A stretch of DNA of 64,000 bases. Origin: Chloroflexota bacterium (GTDB taxonomy: Bacteria > Chloroflexota > UBA11872 > VXOZ01). Under the pieces are notes generated by a model that searched no databases, had not been told where the DNA came from, and saw only the letters and a list, made by a program, of their open reading frames with translations. The position numbers were made by a program, and so were the translations under genes. This document shows positions 9,465-18,355 of the stretch, piece by piece. Positions within the stretch are counted from its first letter, which is position 1; every line of letters starts with the position of its first letter. The stretch is taken from assembly GCA_963662335.2 (NCBI GenBank), contig CAXXVD010000004.1:32001-96000 (forward strand), given 5' to 3'.

Positions 9465-10253
9465 ATGACAACCATAAATCCGTCTCGCCTGGATACGGCG
9501 TGGCGGCGCTTTGTCCGCTTCTGGCAGAACTACGTCCACCTGTCTGCCGTCATCGTTCTGGAATTCAGGCAGTGGATCTCCATGATCGTCTCGCTCTCCG
9601 TGCTACTCAATCTGGGCATGGTCTTCGCGTTCTCGTTCATTTCCGGATCGCGGGACCCGGAACTGGGCCGGTATTTCGTTTCCGGCGCGGCGGTGATGTC
9701 GCTGGTCACCCTGGGCGTGATGATGGTGGCGCAGGACATGGCGCAATCGCGGCGCAACGGCTCGATTCTCTACTACGCCTCGCTGCCGATCAGCAAGACG
9801 GCCTTCATCCTGGCGGTGGTCACCGGCAACGGCATGGCCGCAGTGCCGGGCATGATCATCACGCTGCTGGTGGGCAGTTGGTACTTCGGCTTCTCGCTGG
9901 CGCTCAATCCGCTCATGCTCGCCGTGGTGCCGCTGAGCGCGATCTCGCTGGCCGGCGTGGGCGCGGCAATTGGGCTTGGAATCCCCAACTGGCGGGTCGC
10001 GGGGCTGGTGGCCCAGGCCACCATGTTCTTCATCATGTTCTTCGCGCCGGTGATGATTCCGCTCGAACGCCTGCCGGCCGCGCTCCAATACACCGGCATG
10101 ATCCTGCCGCCCACCTACGCGGCGCAGGCGTTTCGCGCCGCCCTGCTGCCCGACATCACCGTGGCTTTGCTGACCGACCTGGCGGTACTGGCGCTCTTTG
10201 GTCTGGGCTCTTTGGCGATTGTGGTGAAGACGCTTAAGTGGCGGTTGGAGTAG
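9465..10253 (+). CDS. ABC-2 type permease (DrrB-like)
   Basis: About 6 TM segments; FAPVMIPLERLP..LPPTY motif; follows the ATPase. Confidence 0.88.
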   Translation: MTTINPSRLDTAWRRFVRFWQNYVHLSAVIVLEFRQWISMIVSLSVLLNLGMVFAFSFISGSRDPELGRYFVSGAAVMSLVTLGVMMVAQDMAQSRRNGSILYYASLPISKTAFILAVVTGNGMAAVPGMIITLLVGSWYFGFSLALNPLMLAVVPLSAISLAGVGAAIGLGIPNWRVAGLVAQATMFFIMFFAPVMIPLERLPAALQYTGMILPPTYAAQAFRAALLPDITVALLTDLAVLALFGLGSLAIVVKTLKWRLE

Positions 10254-10333
10254 GGAGATCGAAAGCGGCATGAAACTCCCCTGGCAGGATCGCACCGAGC
10301 CGCGTCGGCGACGTGCGCGCTCCGCGCCAAGAA

Positions 10334-10702
10334 GCGGGGGGCAAGCCCCAATGCTGTCGCATAACGTAGCGCGGGGGCTTGTCCCCCGCCTCTTAGCGGG
10401 CACGGAGAAGCGAGAAATCCGTTCGTGCTGAGCTTGTCGAAGCTCAAACGAAGCGTAGCATGCCCGAAACCGGCGAGCCGTTTCCCATCCTTTTACCCTT
10501 CGACATAGCTCAGGCCGAACGGCGTGCCATTTGATACGTCACCATTGGGCACAAGCCCCGCGCCACCGTTGGGGAGTGTAAGTGACGATGCGTACCGCTC
10601 GCGCCACGGAGCGGTGGACAAGCCCCCGCGCTACGGTCGAGGAGCGTAGGAGACGATGCGTGCCGCCCATGCCACGGAGCGGGGGACAAGCCCCCGCGCT
10701 AC
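10334..10702. repeat. REP-like cluster (families A and D) between convergent genes
   Basis: Several GCGGGGGACAAGCCCCCGCGCTAC variants in both orientations, plus a CCGTTCGTGCTGAGCTTGTCGAAG / CCCTTCGACATAGCTCAGG pair. Confidence 0.85.
10349..10547. mobile_element. Putative IS4-like MITE, copy 1 (inverted), inserted in a REP-A
   Basis: Imperfect TIRs CAATGCTGTCGCATAAC / TTGATACGTCACCATTG; flanking 11-bp near-duplication GGGGCAAGCCC / GGCACAAGCCC. Confidence 0.6.
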
Positions 10703-10776
10703 GGCTGGCCAGCGAGGCATAAGCGCGCGTGGCAGGCACAACCCGGGGCGAGGCCGGTTCACTTCACGCTGTAGCG

Positions 10777-11931
10777 CTACAGCGCCTTGTAAAGAATCTG
10801 CCGGATGTCCTCCGGCGTAACCGTGCGGGGGTTGATGCCGACGTTGCGGCTGCGGAACGTGTCGTTCACGATGGCGTCGAAGTGCTCGTCGGTCACGCCG
10901 GCCGCGCTCATGGATGCCGGGATGCCGATGTCGGCCGCCAGGTCGCGTATGGCCGCGATTGCCGCCAGCGCCGCTTCCCGTTCGCTCTGGCCGGCGCGGG
11001 TCGCGTCGAATTCACGCGCCACCGCCGCCAGTTGCGGCTCGCAAGCCATGCGGTTGAAGTCCAGGCCGTGGGGCAAGACCAGCGCGTTGCTCAGGCCGTG
11101 GGGCAGATGATGGTACGCGCCAATGGGGTGCGCCATGGCGTGGATGATACCCAGGCGCGAGTGGGCGAAACCGACACCGGCAATGCACGCCGCCGCCTGC
11201 ATCTTGCCGATGGCCTCCATGTTGCCGCTGTTGCCCACCGCGGCGCGCAGGTTCTCGCTGATAAGGCGAATGGCGTGGAGATTGAAGGCATTGGTGAACG
11301 GCGTTGACAACGGCGAGGTCATGCCCTCCACGGCGTGGGTGAGCGCGTCCATGCCGGAGTGCGCCACCACGTGCGGCGGCAGCGTGGTCAACATGGCGGG
11401 ATCCAGAAACGCCGCGCGCGGCGCCAGGCGCGTGCTGAGAATGGACATCTTGAACTGCTGCTCGGGCAGCGTGATGACCGCGGCAAACGTGACCTCGGAG
11501 CCGGTGCCAACGGTGGTTGGCACGGCGTAGAGGGGCGGCAGGTCGTGCTCGAACGCGTCGAAACCCTCGTAGTCGGCCACGCTGCCGCCGTTGGTAATGA
11601 GCACGCCCGCCGCTTTGGCCACGTCCAGCGAACTGCCGCCGCCCACCGCCAGCAGCCCATCGCATTCGGCGGTTCGATACGCCGCGACCACCGCCTCGAC
11701 GATGCGCTCTTCCGGGTCTGCCTGCACGTCGGCGAAGATCGTGGCAGCCAGGCCCGCCGCTTCCCGCAGCGATCGCTCCACCGGCGCAAGCAAACCGGCA
11801 TTGACGATGCCCTGATCGGTAACCACCAGCAGGTGATTGTGACCCTCAGCCGCCAGCGTGGGGCCGACCTCCGCGACAGCTCCGGCGCCGCTGAGAATTC
11901 TCGTAGCCACCGCAAAGCTGTGGACCGCCAT
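10777..11931 (-). CDS. Iron-containing alcohol dehydrogenase
   Basis: GGGSSLDVAK, PTTVGTGSEVT, GMDALTHAVE and HAMAH..HLPHG motifs. Confidence 0.93.
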   Translation of the reverse strand: MAVHSFAVATRILSGAGAVAEVGPTLAAEGHNHLLVVTDQGIVNAGLLAPVERSLREAAGLAATIFADVQADPEERIVEAVVAAYRTAECDGLLAVGGGSSLDVAKAAGVLITNGGSVADYEGFDAFEHDLPPLYAVPTTVGTGSEVTFAAVITLPEQQFKMSILSTRLAPRAAFLDPAMLTTLPPHVVAHSGMDALTHAVEGMTSPLSTPFTNAFNLHAIRLISENLRAAVGNSGNMEAIGKMQAAACIAGVGFAHSRLGIIHAMAHPIGAYHHLPHGLSNALVLPHGLDFNRMACEPQLAAVAREFDATRAGQSEREAALAAIAAIRDLAADIGIPASMSAAGVTDEHFDAIVNDTFRSRNVGINPRTVTPEDIRQILYKAL

Positions 11932-12127
11932 GCCGGCTCACTCCTTCCCCAAAAGGGCGCAAAATGCTGGCCTGAGTGTAGCAGGGCGGGTGTAGCCTGG
12001 CAAACAGGCCGACAGGTTCTTCGTTGAAATTGCGTGAAACTCACCATAGGTGTCGAGCAATTCGCTGACGGAATCTTCCCCACGCTAGGGGGTGTTGACT
12101 GCAAGTGTCATTTTAAGCGCAGCCAAT

Positions 12128-12227
12128 TGTCATGCCGAGCGCAGCGAGACATCTACACGGCTCCCGGCTCAAGATTCTTCACTGCGGAGACTATCCTGAG
12201 ATAGACGAAAGGTTCCTCAGAATGACA
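12128..12227. repeat. Degenerate TGTCAT..GAGCGCAGCGA-type palindromic repeat pair (family E)
   Basis: TGTCATGCCGAGCGCAGCGAGACATCT ... AGATTCTTCACTGCG ... CAGAATGACA, arranged as inverted arms. Confidence 0.55.
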
Positions 12228-12391
12228 GTTGGAAGTCTGCTCAGGCCTTGAGAAGATCACACCTTGATGCGACTACGTGTCTTGCCTTTGGCCAACCCAA
12301 GCCCAAGACTGCCATCTGCGGCCAAGCACTGCCATTGACAAGTCAATGGTGAGGCAGCTAGGATTGACAAAAGGGAATGGAGAATTGCACT

Positions 12392-12568
12392 ATGGCGATC
12401 GAACAGGACTTCGGTCAGCGCATATCTCGCATCGAGGAGCGGCTACAGCATGTAGCTACCAAGGAAGACTTGGCCAACCTCAAGGCCGACCTCATCAAGT
12501 GGATGGTCATTGCGATGGTATTGTGGAGTGGAGTGCTCATAGCCGCCATGCGGTTCATTCCGGCCTAA
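12392..12568 (+). CDS. Small coiled-coil plus single-TM protein (CCDC90/DUF1640-like)
   Basis: GGAGA RBS; ATKEDLANLKADLIKWMV followed by a hydrophobic tail; 58 aa. Confidence 0.7.
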   Translation: MAIEQDFGQRISRIEERLQHVATKEDLANLKADLIKWMVIAMVLWSGVLIAAMRFIPA

Positions 12569-12760
12569 TGCGCAACCGGCTGCGGGCGGCTGAGTAGAAT
12601 CCAAAGTCTACAGGTCCTGTCTGTCAACATCGTAGTACTTGACTATCGCCTCCTGGTTGTCTATCTTCATATTGAAGCTGTAGAGGGAGAAGCTACGGCA
12701 GCCCCCACAGCCGGGTATTTCGCAGGACGCTTGCAGCGTCACGCAAGAAAGGAACACGAG

Positions 12761-14158
12761 ATGAGCGCTTTGCATATGACTCGCCGCAGACTGCTTGCCT
12801 CCGGCGCAACGTTTGGAGCGTTTGGCTTGTTGGCGGCGTGCGGACAGGCGCAAACGGGGACAGGCGAGATGAATGGCGACCAGCCCAAGGCCGCCGAACC
12901 CGCCGCGGAAGCCGGGCCAAAGACGGAAGAGATCACGCTTAGCGTGCAGGACGGTGGCCGCTGGCAAGAGTGGGCGGAAGGCATTCTGAACGAGCGCTTC
13001 CAGGCAAAGTATCCGAACGGGCAGGTCGTCTTCACGCCCCGCACGGGCGGGCAGGCCCACACGTTTGTGGAACTTTCGGTGGGGTTGGCCGCCGGCCAGA
13101 TGCCCGACCTCTTCAAGATGGGCCAGGCAATTGCGCCGTCCATCTACATGGCGGGGCTTTCCATCCCGCTCAACCCGTACTTTGCCACCTGGGGCATGGA
13201 GCCGGACTTCCTGCCCAGCACGTTGGACACCGTGCGCGTGAAGGGGCAATTGCAGGGCATGCCCATGATGGCGGCCAATCGCTCGTACTGGCTCCGCGAC
13301 GACCACATGGCGGAGGCGGGATTGACGCCGCCTGAAGCGTGGACGATGGACGACCAGGCCGACTTCGCCACTACCATGACCAAGTGGAAGGTGTTGGGCA
13401 AGGAGATCGAGCGCTACGGCTTCAGCCCGGGCAATCTCGGCCGTGATCCCGAGGAAGCCGAGTTGAACGGCATCGTCGAGTCCAACGGCGTGCAATGGGT
13501 GACTAATGGCAAGGCACAGGGTTTCGTGAACGGGCCGGAAGCGATTGCGGGGCTGGAATTCCAGTTGCGGAGAAAGCTCGGCTTCAATCCCCACGGCTCA
13601 TCGTACGTCGGGCCGGAATTCAGCGGCTACGGCGCCGGCTTTGCCGGCGGCTACGTTTCTATGATTTGGGGTAATGCCGCCATTGGCCGCCGCGTCGCGA
13701 CAGATGCGCCGGAAAACATCGACCAGATTCTCGTTGCGCCTGAGCCCATGGGCGACCAGCGCGCCGTTAGCCTTTCGTTCAACGACTGGCTGGGCATGGG
13801 CGCCGCCACGAAGAATCCGGACGTGACGTGGGATCTGCTGCTCACGGTGCATGAGGACGACGTGCTCATCGCCTACGATGAGCTGACGTTCTACTTGCCG
13901 CCGCGTGTGTCGGTCGCCGCCAAGGCGCCCTATGTGCAGGAGAACGCTTTCTTGTCCGGCCTGCTCCGCAATCTTAGTGAGGTAGGCCTCGGCCGCCAAC
14001 CCATTCCCGGCTGGGACAAGATGCGCCCAATCATCCTGGAAGAGTTGGCGAAAGCGGGCGCCGGCGAACTGGACGCCCGCGACGCGCTCGATAACGTCGC
14101 CGCGCGTTGGGACGCCGTGCTCCAGGAGCCGGATATCCAGGCGTTCTACAACGAGTAA
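12761..14158 (+). CDS. Extracellular solute-binding lipoprotein (carbohydrate ABC family), Tat signal
   Basis: TRRRLL twin-arginine motif, LLAAC lipobox and AAGQMPDLF motif; no cognate permease nearby. Confidence 0.85.
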   Translation: MSALHMTRRRLLASGATFGAFGLLAACGQAQTGTGEMNGDQPKAAEPAAEAGPKTEEITLSVQDGGRWQEWAEGILNERFQAKYPNGQVVFTPRTGGQAHTFVELSVGLAAGQMPDLFKMGQAIAPSIYMAGLSIPLNPYFATWGMEPDFLPSTLDTVRVKGQLQGMPMMAANRSYWLRDDHMAEAGLTPPEAWTMDDQADFATTMTKWKVLGKEIERYGFSPGNLGRDPEEAELNGIVESNGVQWVTNGKAQGFVNGPEAIAGLEFQLRRKLGFNPHGSSYVGPEFSGYGAGFAGGYVSMIWGNAAIGRRVATDAPENIDQILVAPEPMGDQRAVSLSFNDWLGMGAATKNPDVTWDLLLTVHEDDVLIAYDELTFYLPPRVSVAAKAPYVQENAFLSGLLRNLSEVGLGRQPIPGWDKMRPIILEELAKAGAGELDARDALDNVAARWDAVLQEPDIQAFYNE

Positions 14159-14196
14159 CCGCTGGCGGCCCCGGCGGGGCCGTACCGGAGAAACTG

Positions 14197-14241
14197 CACG
14201 CGGGCCGGTCCAGCTTATGAACCGGCCCGCGTGTGCGGTTT
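14197..14241 (+). terminator. Stem-loop terminator after the SBP gene
   Basis: 13-bp stem CACGCGGGCCGGT/ACCGGCCCGCGTG. Confidence 0.55.
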
Positions 14242-14246
14242 CAGTC

Positions 14247-14438
14247 TAGTGCTGCCGCATCAAACAGACAGGCAGCAAAACTCGCGTCTGAAATCTCCGA
14301 TTCTGAAGTCTCCGGCTCTGAAATCTCCGGTAGTGCAGGTTTGTAACCTGCGAAGCTGTTACGTCAATTCTTTGCAAGCCGGTTTAGACGGCTGAGGCGG
14401 GGGACAAGCCCCCGCGCTACGTTAACGCGACAACTTTG
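14247..14438. mobile_element. Putative IS4-like MITE, copy 2, carrying REP-B, REP-A and a 3x15-bp tandem repeat
   Basis: TIRs TAGTGCTGCCGCATCAA / TTAACGCGACAACTTTG; 10-bp near-duplication GGTTTCAGTC / GGGTTCAGTC; interior alignable to 54733-54894; TCTGAARTCTCCG repeated three times at 14287-14331. Confidence 0.65.
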
Positions 14439-14548
14439 GGGTTCAGTCCTGCCAAGCGCAACGCTGGATTGACTTGGCGTTGCGCTATTGCTATTCTGTG
14501 AAAAGTGTCGTCCTCAACTCAGTCAGCAGAGTAAGGAAAAGTGAGTCC

Positions 14549-14794
14549 ATGGCAGCAACCGAAGACCGCATCCGCCAACTCGTGGCCGAAAACCTCGAAG
14601 TTGACGGCAAGCCGCTGAGTGCTTCGCTGGACTTGAGCGCGAGCCTCTCCGATGCCGGCGTCTCATCGATGGATCAGCTTTCCTTTGGGAAGGTGGTCGC
14701 ACAGGAGTTCAACGTCACCCTAACGGCTGAAGACTGCCCCCGCTTCGAGAATCTCCAGCAGTTGGTCGACTATCTGGATTCTCAAGCAAGCTAG
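14549..14794 (+). CDS. Stand-alone acyl carrier protein (SupB-like)
   Basis: 81-aa acidic protein with DAGVSSMD attachment motif, EFNV and LVDYL; AAGGA RBS. Confidence 0.85.
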   Translation: MAATEDRIRQLVAENLEVDGKPLSASLDLSASLSDAGVSSMDQLSFGKVVAQEFNVTLTAEDCPRFENLQQLVDYLDSQAS

Positions 14795-14867
14795 ACCCGC
14801 GCGCGGCGCCTCGCCATCCAGCGGCGCGGCGCCTCGCCCGACCGCGCGAGCAAGAGACTACTCGGAG

Positions 14868-15614
14868 ATGCGGAAAGCCATGCCACGCGCGCCCGTATCC
14901 GAGAAATGGTGGGGGCCATTCGAGAGCAGCGGGCGGGTTGACGTGGTTCACGTTGACCTATCGCCTCACGCGGAACGAGAAGCCGCAGCCCTGGCGTTGC
15001 TCGATGAAGAGGAGCAGGGCCGTTTGCGGCGCTTTGCGTTTGACGGGCCGCACCGCCGCTTTACGCTGTGCCGTGCCGCGCTCCGCGCCGTGCTCTGTCA
15101 GAGACTCGGCTGCGGGAACGAGCAACTTGCATTCGGGAGCGCCCGCCATGGCAAGCCGTTCGCGCTCATCGATACTCAGCCGGCCCCGGTTAGCTTCAAC
15201 GTGAGCCACAGCGGTCGGCACGGGCTGATTGCCATTGCCCCATCCGGGCGGGTGGGCGTGGACGTGGAGGAGCGCGACGCCCAGCGCAACCTCGACCTGC
15301 TTGTGGACACTGTATTGGGCGATGCGGAGCAAGCGGCGCTTGCCGCAGCCCACGGCGGGGCGCGCGTCCACCTCTTCTTCAAGATGTGGACGATCAAAGA
15401 GGCGTTGCTCAAGGCTATGGGCAACGGGTTTCAGTTGGACGCCACGCGCATCGCGGTTCCGCCGCCGATGCTGCGCGGCAAGAGAAGCGGCACGGTCAAA
15501 ACGCCGCCGGTTTCCCCGTCCACGTGGCACGTTGAAGACCTTGGCAATCGGGAATTTGCCGCCGCCGTCGTGTATGAATCGGCAGAGGCCAATGCCCCGG
15601 CGCGGCGAAACTAG
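14868..15614 (+). CDS. Sfp-type 4'-phosphopantetheinyl transferase (SupC-like)
   Basis: HGKP, FNVSHS, VGVDVE and WTIKEALLKAMG motifs. Confidence 0.93.
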   Translation: MRKAMPRAPVSEKWWGPFESSGRVDVVHVDLSPHAEREAAALALLDEEEQGRLRRFAFDGPHRRFTLCRAALRAVLCQRLGCGNEQLAFGSARHGKPFALIDTQPAPVSFNVSHSGRHGLIAIAPSGRVGVDVEERDAQRNLDLLVDTVLGDAEQAALAAAHGGARVHLFFKMWTIKEALLKAMGNGFQLDATRIAVPPPMLRGKRSGTVKTPPVSPSTWHVEDLGNREFAAAVVYESAEANAPARRN

Positions 15615-15621
15615 GGGTCAG

Positions 15622-16539
15622 ATGGCGGACGCGGCAGCAACAGGACCGATGTGGCGAGTTCCTGAACCGCTCTCCACGCTCGACGTGCCGGTGGATGACG
15701 AAACCGTCATCACGCTGCGCCGCCACGGCAATCCGGCCGGCCCGCGCTTGGTGCTGTGCCACGGCAACGGCCTGGCAATCGACCTCTACTATCCCTTCTG
15801 GTCGCTCCTCTGCGACGATTTCGACGTGATCGTCCACGACCTGAGAAACCACGGTTGGAATGCCGTCACGTCGGCGCGGGAGCACACCATCGCCACTTTC
15901 GCCCACGACCACGACCTCATTCTCGACGCCATCGACCGCCACTACGGCGAGAAGCCCTTGACCGGGGTCTATCATTCCGTTTCTTCGCTCACGACGCTGG
16001 TGTCGCCCACCAAGGGCAGCCGGCACGCGGCCCTGATATTGTTCGACCCGCCCCTGTGCAAGCCGGGCGCCAGCTATGAGGAGTTCGACGCGGCCGCCAC
16101 GCGCACGGCCGGGTTCGCCCGCCGCCGCACGTTTCGCTTCAAGAGCCGGGAGGACTTCGTGGAGCTTCTCGGCTATTCACCGGCTTACCAACATACGGTG
16201 CCCGGGACAATCGAACTTGTGGCGCAGGCGACGCTGCGCGAACGCGCTGGCGCTCCCGGCTATGAACTGCGGTGCCCGCCGGAATATGAAGCGCAAATCG
16301 TCGACTATGCCAGCCCCTACGCCGTGCTGGTGGACTTTGCGAAGTTTCAGTGCCCCATTAAGGTCATTGGCGCCGATCCCACGCTGCCCTACGCCTACCT
16401 GCCCACGCTGAACCTGAGCGACATCCTGAGCGTTGACTACGACTTCCTTCCCAATGCCACGCACTTTCTCCCGCTGGAGAAACCGGAAGAGTGCGCCGCA
16501 GTCGTGCGTGATTTCATTGCTGAGGTCGTGAGCGGCTGA
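15622..16539 (+). CDS. Alpha/beta hydrolase (SupD-like)
   Basis: LCHGNG, DLRNHG, YHSVS nucleophile elbow and THFLPLE catalytic His. Confidence 0.87.
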   Translation: MADAAATGPMWRVPEPLSTLDVPVDDETVITLRRHGNPAGPRLVLCHGNGLAIDLYYPFWSLLCDDFDVIVHDLRNHGWNAVTSAREHTIATFAHDHDLILDAIDRHYGEKPLTGVYHSVSSLTTLVSPTKGSRHAALILFDPPLCKPGASYEEFDAAATRTAGFARRRTFRFKSREDFVELLGYSPAYQHTVPGTIELVAQATLRERAGAPGYELRCPPEYEAQIVDYASPYAVLVDFAKFQCPIKVIGADPTLPYAYLPTLNLSDILSVDYDFLPNATHFLPLEKPEECAAVVRDFIAEVVSG

Positions 16540-16565
16540 GCGCGCCGGTTCTCCGCCGGCCGCCG

Positions 16566-18311
16566 TCAGCGTTCGACCCGCACGGTAACGATGTCCAGGC
16601 CGTGGTATTTCTGGTGCCGCACCGCGGCGGCGTAGTGCCGCAGGAGGCGAAAGGACATCTCCCTGTCGTCCGCAGCCTCGCTCTGTTCGTCCAGATGCGC
16701 CAGGCGGTCTTCCAGGTTCTCTTCGGCGAAAACCGCCAGGAATTCCAGTTCCACGGCAGTGCCCTCGGGACGCGCGCCGATGACCAGGCGGGGCGCCTCG
16801 CGCGGCGCGTTCTCGGTGGGATATGCGTTGTCCGGCTGCAAGAGACTCGCCAGCGTCTCCTCGCCCGCCGAGCGCAGGCGGTCGGTCGCGGCGGTGTCCC
16901 AACCCATCTTGGCCGCAACCTCCTGGAGAAAGGCGTCGATGCGGGGCAGGTCGGCCACATCCAACCGCGTCTCCAGACGCCTGCGCCGCGGCCCGGTCAA
17001 GTCCAGCAGCACGGTCAACGCTATCGCCACCGCCGCGCCGACGGTGATGCCGTTGCCGAGCAACGTATCCCACGGCGCGTTCAGGATACCCTCGAAGATA
17101 TTCTGGTGCTGCAAGCCGACGCCAATGGAGAACGACAGTCCCACAATGAGGGCATCCTGATAGTTGAGGCCGGACCGCGAGACCGTGCGGATGCCCTCGA
17201 AGAAGAGTATGCCAATCGCCACCAACAGGAACGCCCCCATGATGGGGTTGGGAATCGTAAGCAGCAGGCCGGTTACTTTGGGGAAGAGCGCCAAGATGAG
17301 GAATATGACGCCAATGGCGTAGGCAACCGTGCGGGCGGCCACCCCGGTCAGGTTGATGAGCGAGACCGTGGACGATGAATAGGCGCTGGTGGGCGGCGTG
17401 CCGGCGAGACCCGACAACAGAATACCCGTGCCGTTGGCGTAGAGCGCGCCCTGGATCAGACGAAAGTCGAGCGCCCGCGGTCTGCGCTGCGAGACCTGTT
17501 GCACGACCACGGCGTCGCCGATGGTCTTGATCGCTTGCACCAGAGTCACGATGAGGAACATCGGCAGCAGCGCCCAGACCGCCGCGCTCGGCGCAAGATC
17601 CAGTCCGGGGAAACCGCCCGTGGGGACGCCAAACCACGACGCCGCGCGCAAACGCTCCAGGTCGTACATGCCAAAGAGCGGCGCCGCCAGACAGCCGGCC
17701 CCAATGCCGATGAGCGGCGACCAGAGCCGCCAGTTGGCGGGAGCGCGCAGCGCCAGCACGGTGGTTACGACGAGCGTCACCAGCGCCACGCCCGGGCCAG
17801 CTATGACCGGCGTGCCGGCGGGCACTTCCTTCAGACGGTCGAACGCGACGGGCAGAATCATGGTGGCGATCAGCATGAGCACCGTGCCGGAGACGGCGGG
17901 CGTGATGATGCGGCGCAAGCGGGGCAGCCACGCCGCGATTGCCAGGTAGAAGAGCGACGAGAGCACGATGAGGCTGGCCAGCGCCGCCGGGCCGCCCGCC
18001 TGGAGCGCTAGCACGGAAACGGCGACGTAATTGGGGGTAGTGCCCGTGATGAGCAGGTGGCGCGTGCCCAGCCACCCAATGCCGGCCGCCTGCAGCACCG
18101 TAACGGTCCCGCCAATGATCAGCGAGGCGAACACGGCCCACGTGAGATAGCGCTCGTCCTGGCCGGAGGCCACTGCCGTAATCGCCACGATCAAAACGGC
18201 CGGCGCCACCACGATCAGCACGCCCTGCGCCCCCACGACCGCAGCCACGAACGGCGGACAGCGCTCGTCCGGTTCGTAACGGATGTTTTCGCTCACGCGG
18301 GTTGCAGCCAA
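16566..18311 (-). CDS. NCS2 (xanthine/uracil) permease with C-terminal HATPase/RsbW-like extension (SupE-like)
   Basis: N-terminal YEPDERCP, many TM segments and NLTGVAAR signature region; soluble C-terminal domain of about 140 aa. Confidence 0.82.
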   Translation of the reverse strand: MAATRVSENIRYEPDERCPPFVAAVVGAQGVLIVVAPAVLIVAITAVASGQDERYLTWAVFASLIIGGTVTVLQAAGIGWLGTRHLLITGTTPNYVAVSVLALQAGGPAALASLIVLSSLFYLAIAAWLPRLRRIITPAVSGTVLMLIATMILPVAFDRLKEVPAGTPVIAGPGVALVTLVVTTVLALRAPANWRLWSPLIGIGAGCLAAPLFGMYDLERLRAASWFGVPTGGFPGLDLAPSAAVWALLPMFLIVTLVQAIKTIGDAVVVQQVSQRRPRALDFRLIQGALYANGTGILLSGLAGTPPTSAYSSSTVSLINLTGVAARTVAYAIGVIFLILALFPKVTGLLLTIPNPIMGAFLLVAIGILFFEGIRTVSRSGLNYQDALIVGLSFSIGVGLQHQNIFEGILNAPWDTLLGNGITVGAAVAIALTVLLDLTGPRRRRLETRLDVADLPRIDAFLQEVAAKMGWDTAATDRLRSAGEETLASLLQPDNAYPTENAPREAPRLVIGARPEGTAVELEFLAVFAEENLEDRLAHLDEQSEAADDREMSFRLLRHYAAAVRHQKYHGLDIVTVRVER

Positions 18312-18355
18312 GGGGAACCTCCACTCAGCCGCCTAAACGCCGGGACACTCGTCTG

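Noticed and set aside
5792-10300. Genomic island integrated at tRNA-fMet (or at tRNA-Glu)
   Set aside because: No integrase and no duplicated tRNA 3' end were found.
16177-18324. 715-aa alternative-frame ORF and similar long shadow ORFs (921-2483, 28809-30422, 37597-38991, 43188-44642)
   Set aside because: They overlap well-supported genes and show no recognisable motifs; long shadow ORFs are expected in high-GC DNA.
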